Assembly: GCA_900319275.1 (NCBI GenBank) | Contig: ONNS01000001.1 | Coordinates: 19,448 to 83,447 of the forward strand | Reading direction: 5' to 3' | Origin: an uncultured Eubacteriales bacterium | Lineage (GTDB): Bacteria; Bacillota; Clostridia; Oscillospirales; Oscillospiraceae | DNA: 64,000 bases | In this document: piece by piece, positions 63,809-64,000 of the stretch | How positions within the stretch are numbered: position 1 is the first letter of the stretch | Layout: every line of letters begins with the position of its first letter | Position numbers and translations under genes: made by a program | Notes under the pieces: model-generated | Database searches by the model: none | What the model was told of the DNA's origin: nothing | The model's input: only the letters and a program-made list of their open reading frames with translations

Positions 63809-64000
63809 CTATTCTCCGGGAAGAAAAATGGAAAACGTTGAACCCTCACCGGGTTTGCTCGTCAGCTTGATATAGCCTCCCTGCCCGGTAATGATCTGTC
63901 TGGTGAGATACAGGCCAATGCCCACGCCCTCCGCATCCGCAACGGATGGGGAGCGATAGAAACGCTGAAACACCTTTGCCTGTTCCTCCTCCTGGATACC
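63809..64000 (-). CDS. sensor histidine kinase, C-terminal HATPase_c fragment (gene continues beyond window)
   Basis: Reverse translation ...FQRFYRSPSVADAEGVGIGLYLTRQIITGQGGYIKLTSKPGEGSTFSIFLPGE* ending at TAG 63809-63811. Confidence 0.8.
   Translation of the reverse strand, partial: GIQEEEQAKVFQRFYRSPSVADAEGVGIGLYLTRQIITGQGGYIKLTSKPGEGSTFSIFLPGE

Overview
This window is about 57% GC by eye, with GGAGG-type ribosome-binding sites and Clostridia-like gene content (my guess is Oscillospiraceae or Faecalibacterium-like, low confidence). A roughly 51 kb siphovirus-type prophage (3975..55150) dominates it. The prophage sits in the 3' end of tRNA-Leu(CAA) and is bounded by a perfect 26-bp direct repeat. 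The tyrosine integrase lies at the distal end, and paired TGCTAACT repeats occur in both arms. Left of the prophage are host genes: an MBOAT acyltransferase, an RCC1-repeat protein and an NlpC/P60 hydrolase that is a paralogue of the phage endolysin. The prophage has two divergent HTH switch regions. A long plus-strand operon carries small early-type genes, a membrane protein with two PAPS-reductase/ParB pairs, terminase, portal, a MuF protein with a toxin-like C-terminal extension, head and tail genes, and lysis genes. It also carries a complete diversity-generating retroelement (DGR: C-type-lectin target with VR, avd, TR, RT). In the DGR, all 11 VR/TR mismatches fall on TR adenines. A convergent minus-strand operon carries replication and recombination genes (replisome organizer with iterons, SSB, Sak4-like ATPase, PD-(D/E)xK nuclease, RecU, Dam, ParB and others). 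Right of attR lies an AT-rich three-gene operon: a sce7726-like PD-(D/E)xK protein, a sce7725/Beta-like protein and a zinc-ribbon-RES protein. It has its own strong promoter and sits just downstream of an XRE-family gene. This operon is my best candidate for an uncharacterised defence system. The window ends with an FtsX-type ABC transporter and the tail of a histidine kinase. All family assignments come from motif reading, not database searches.
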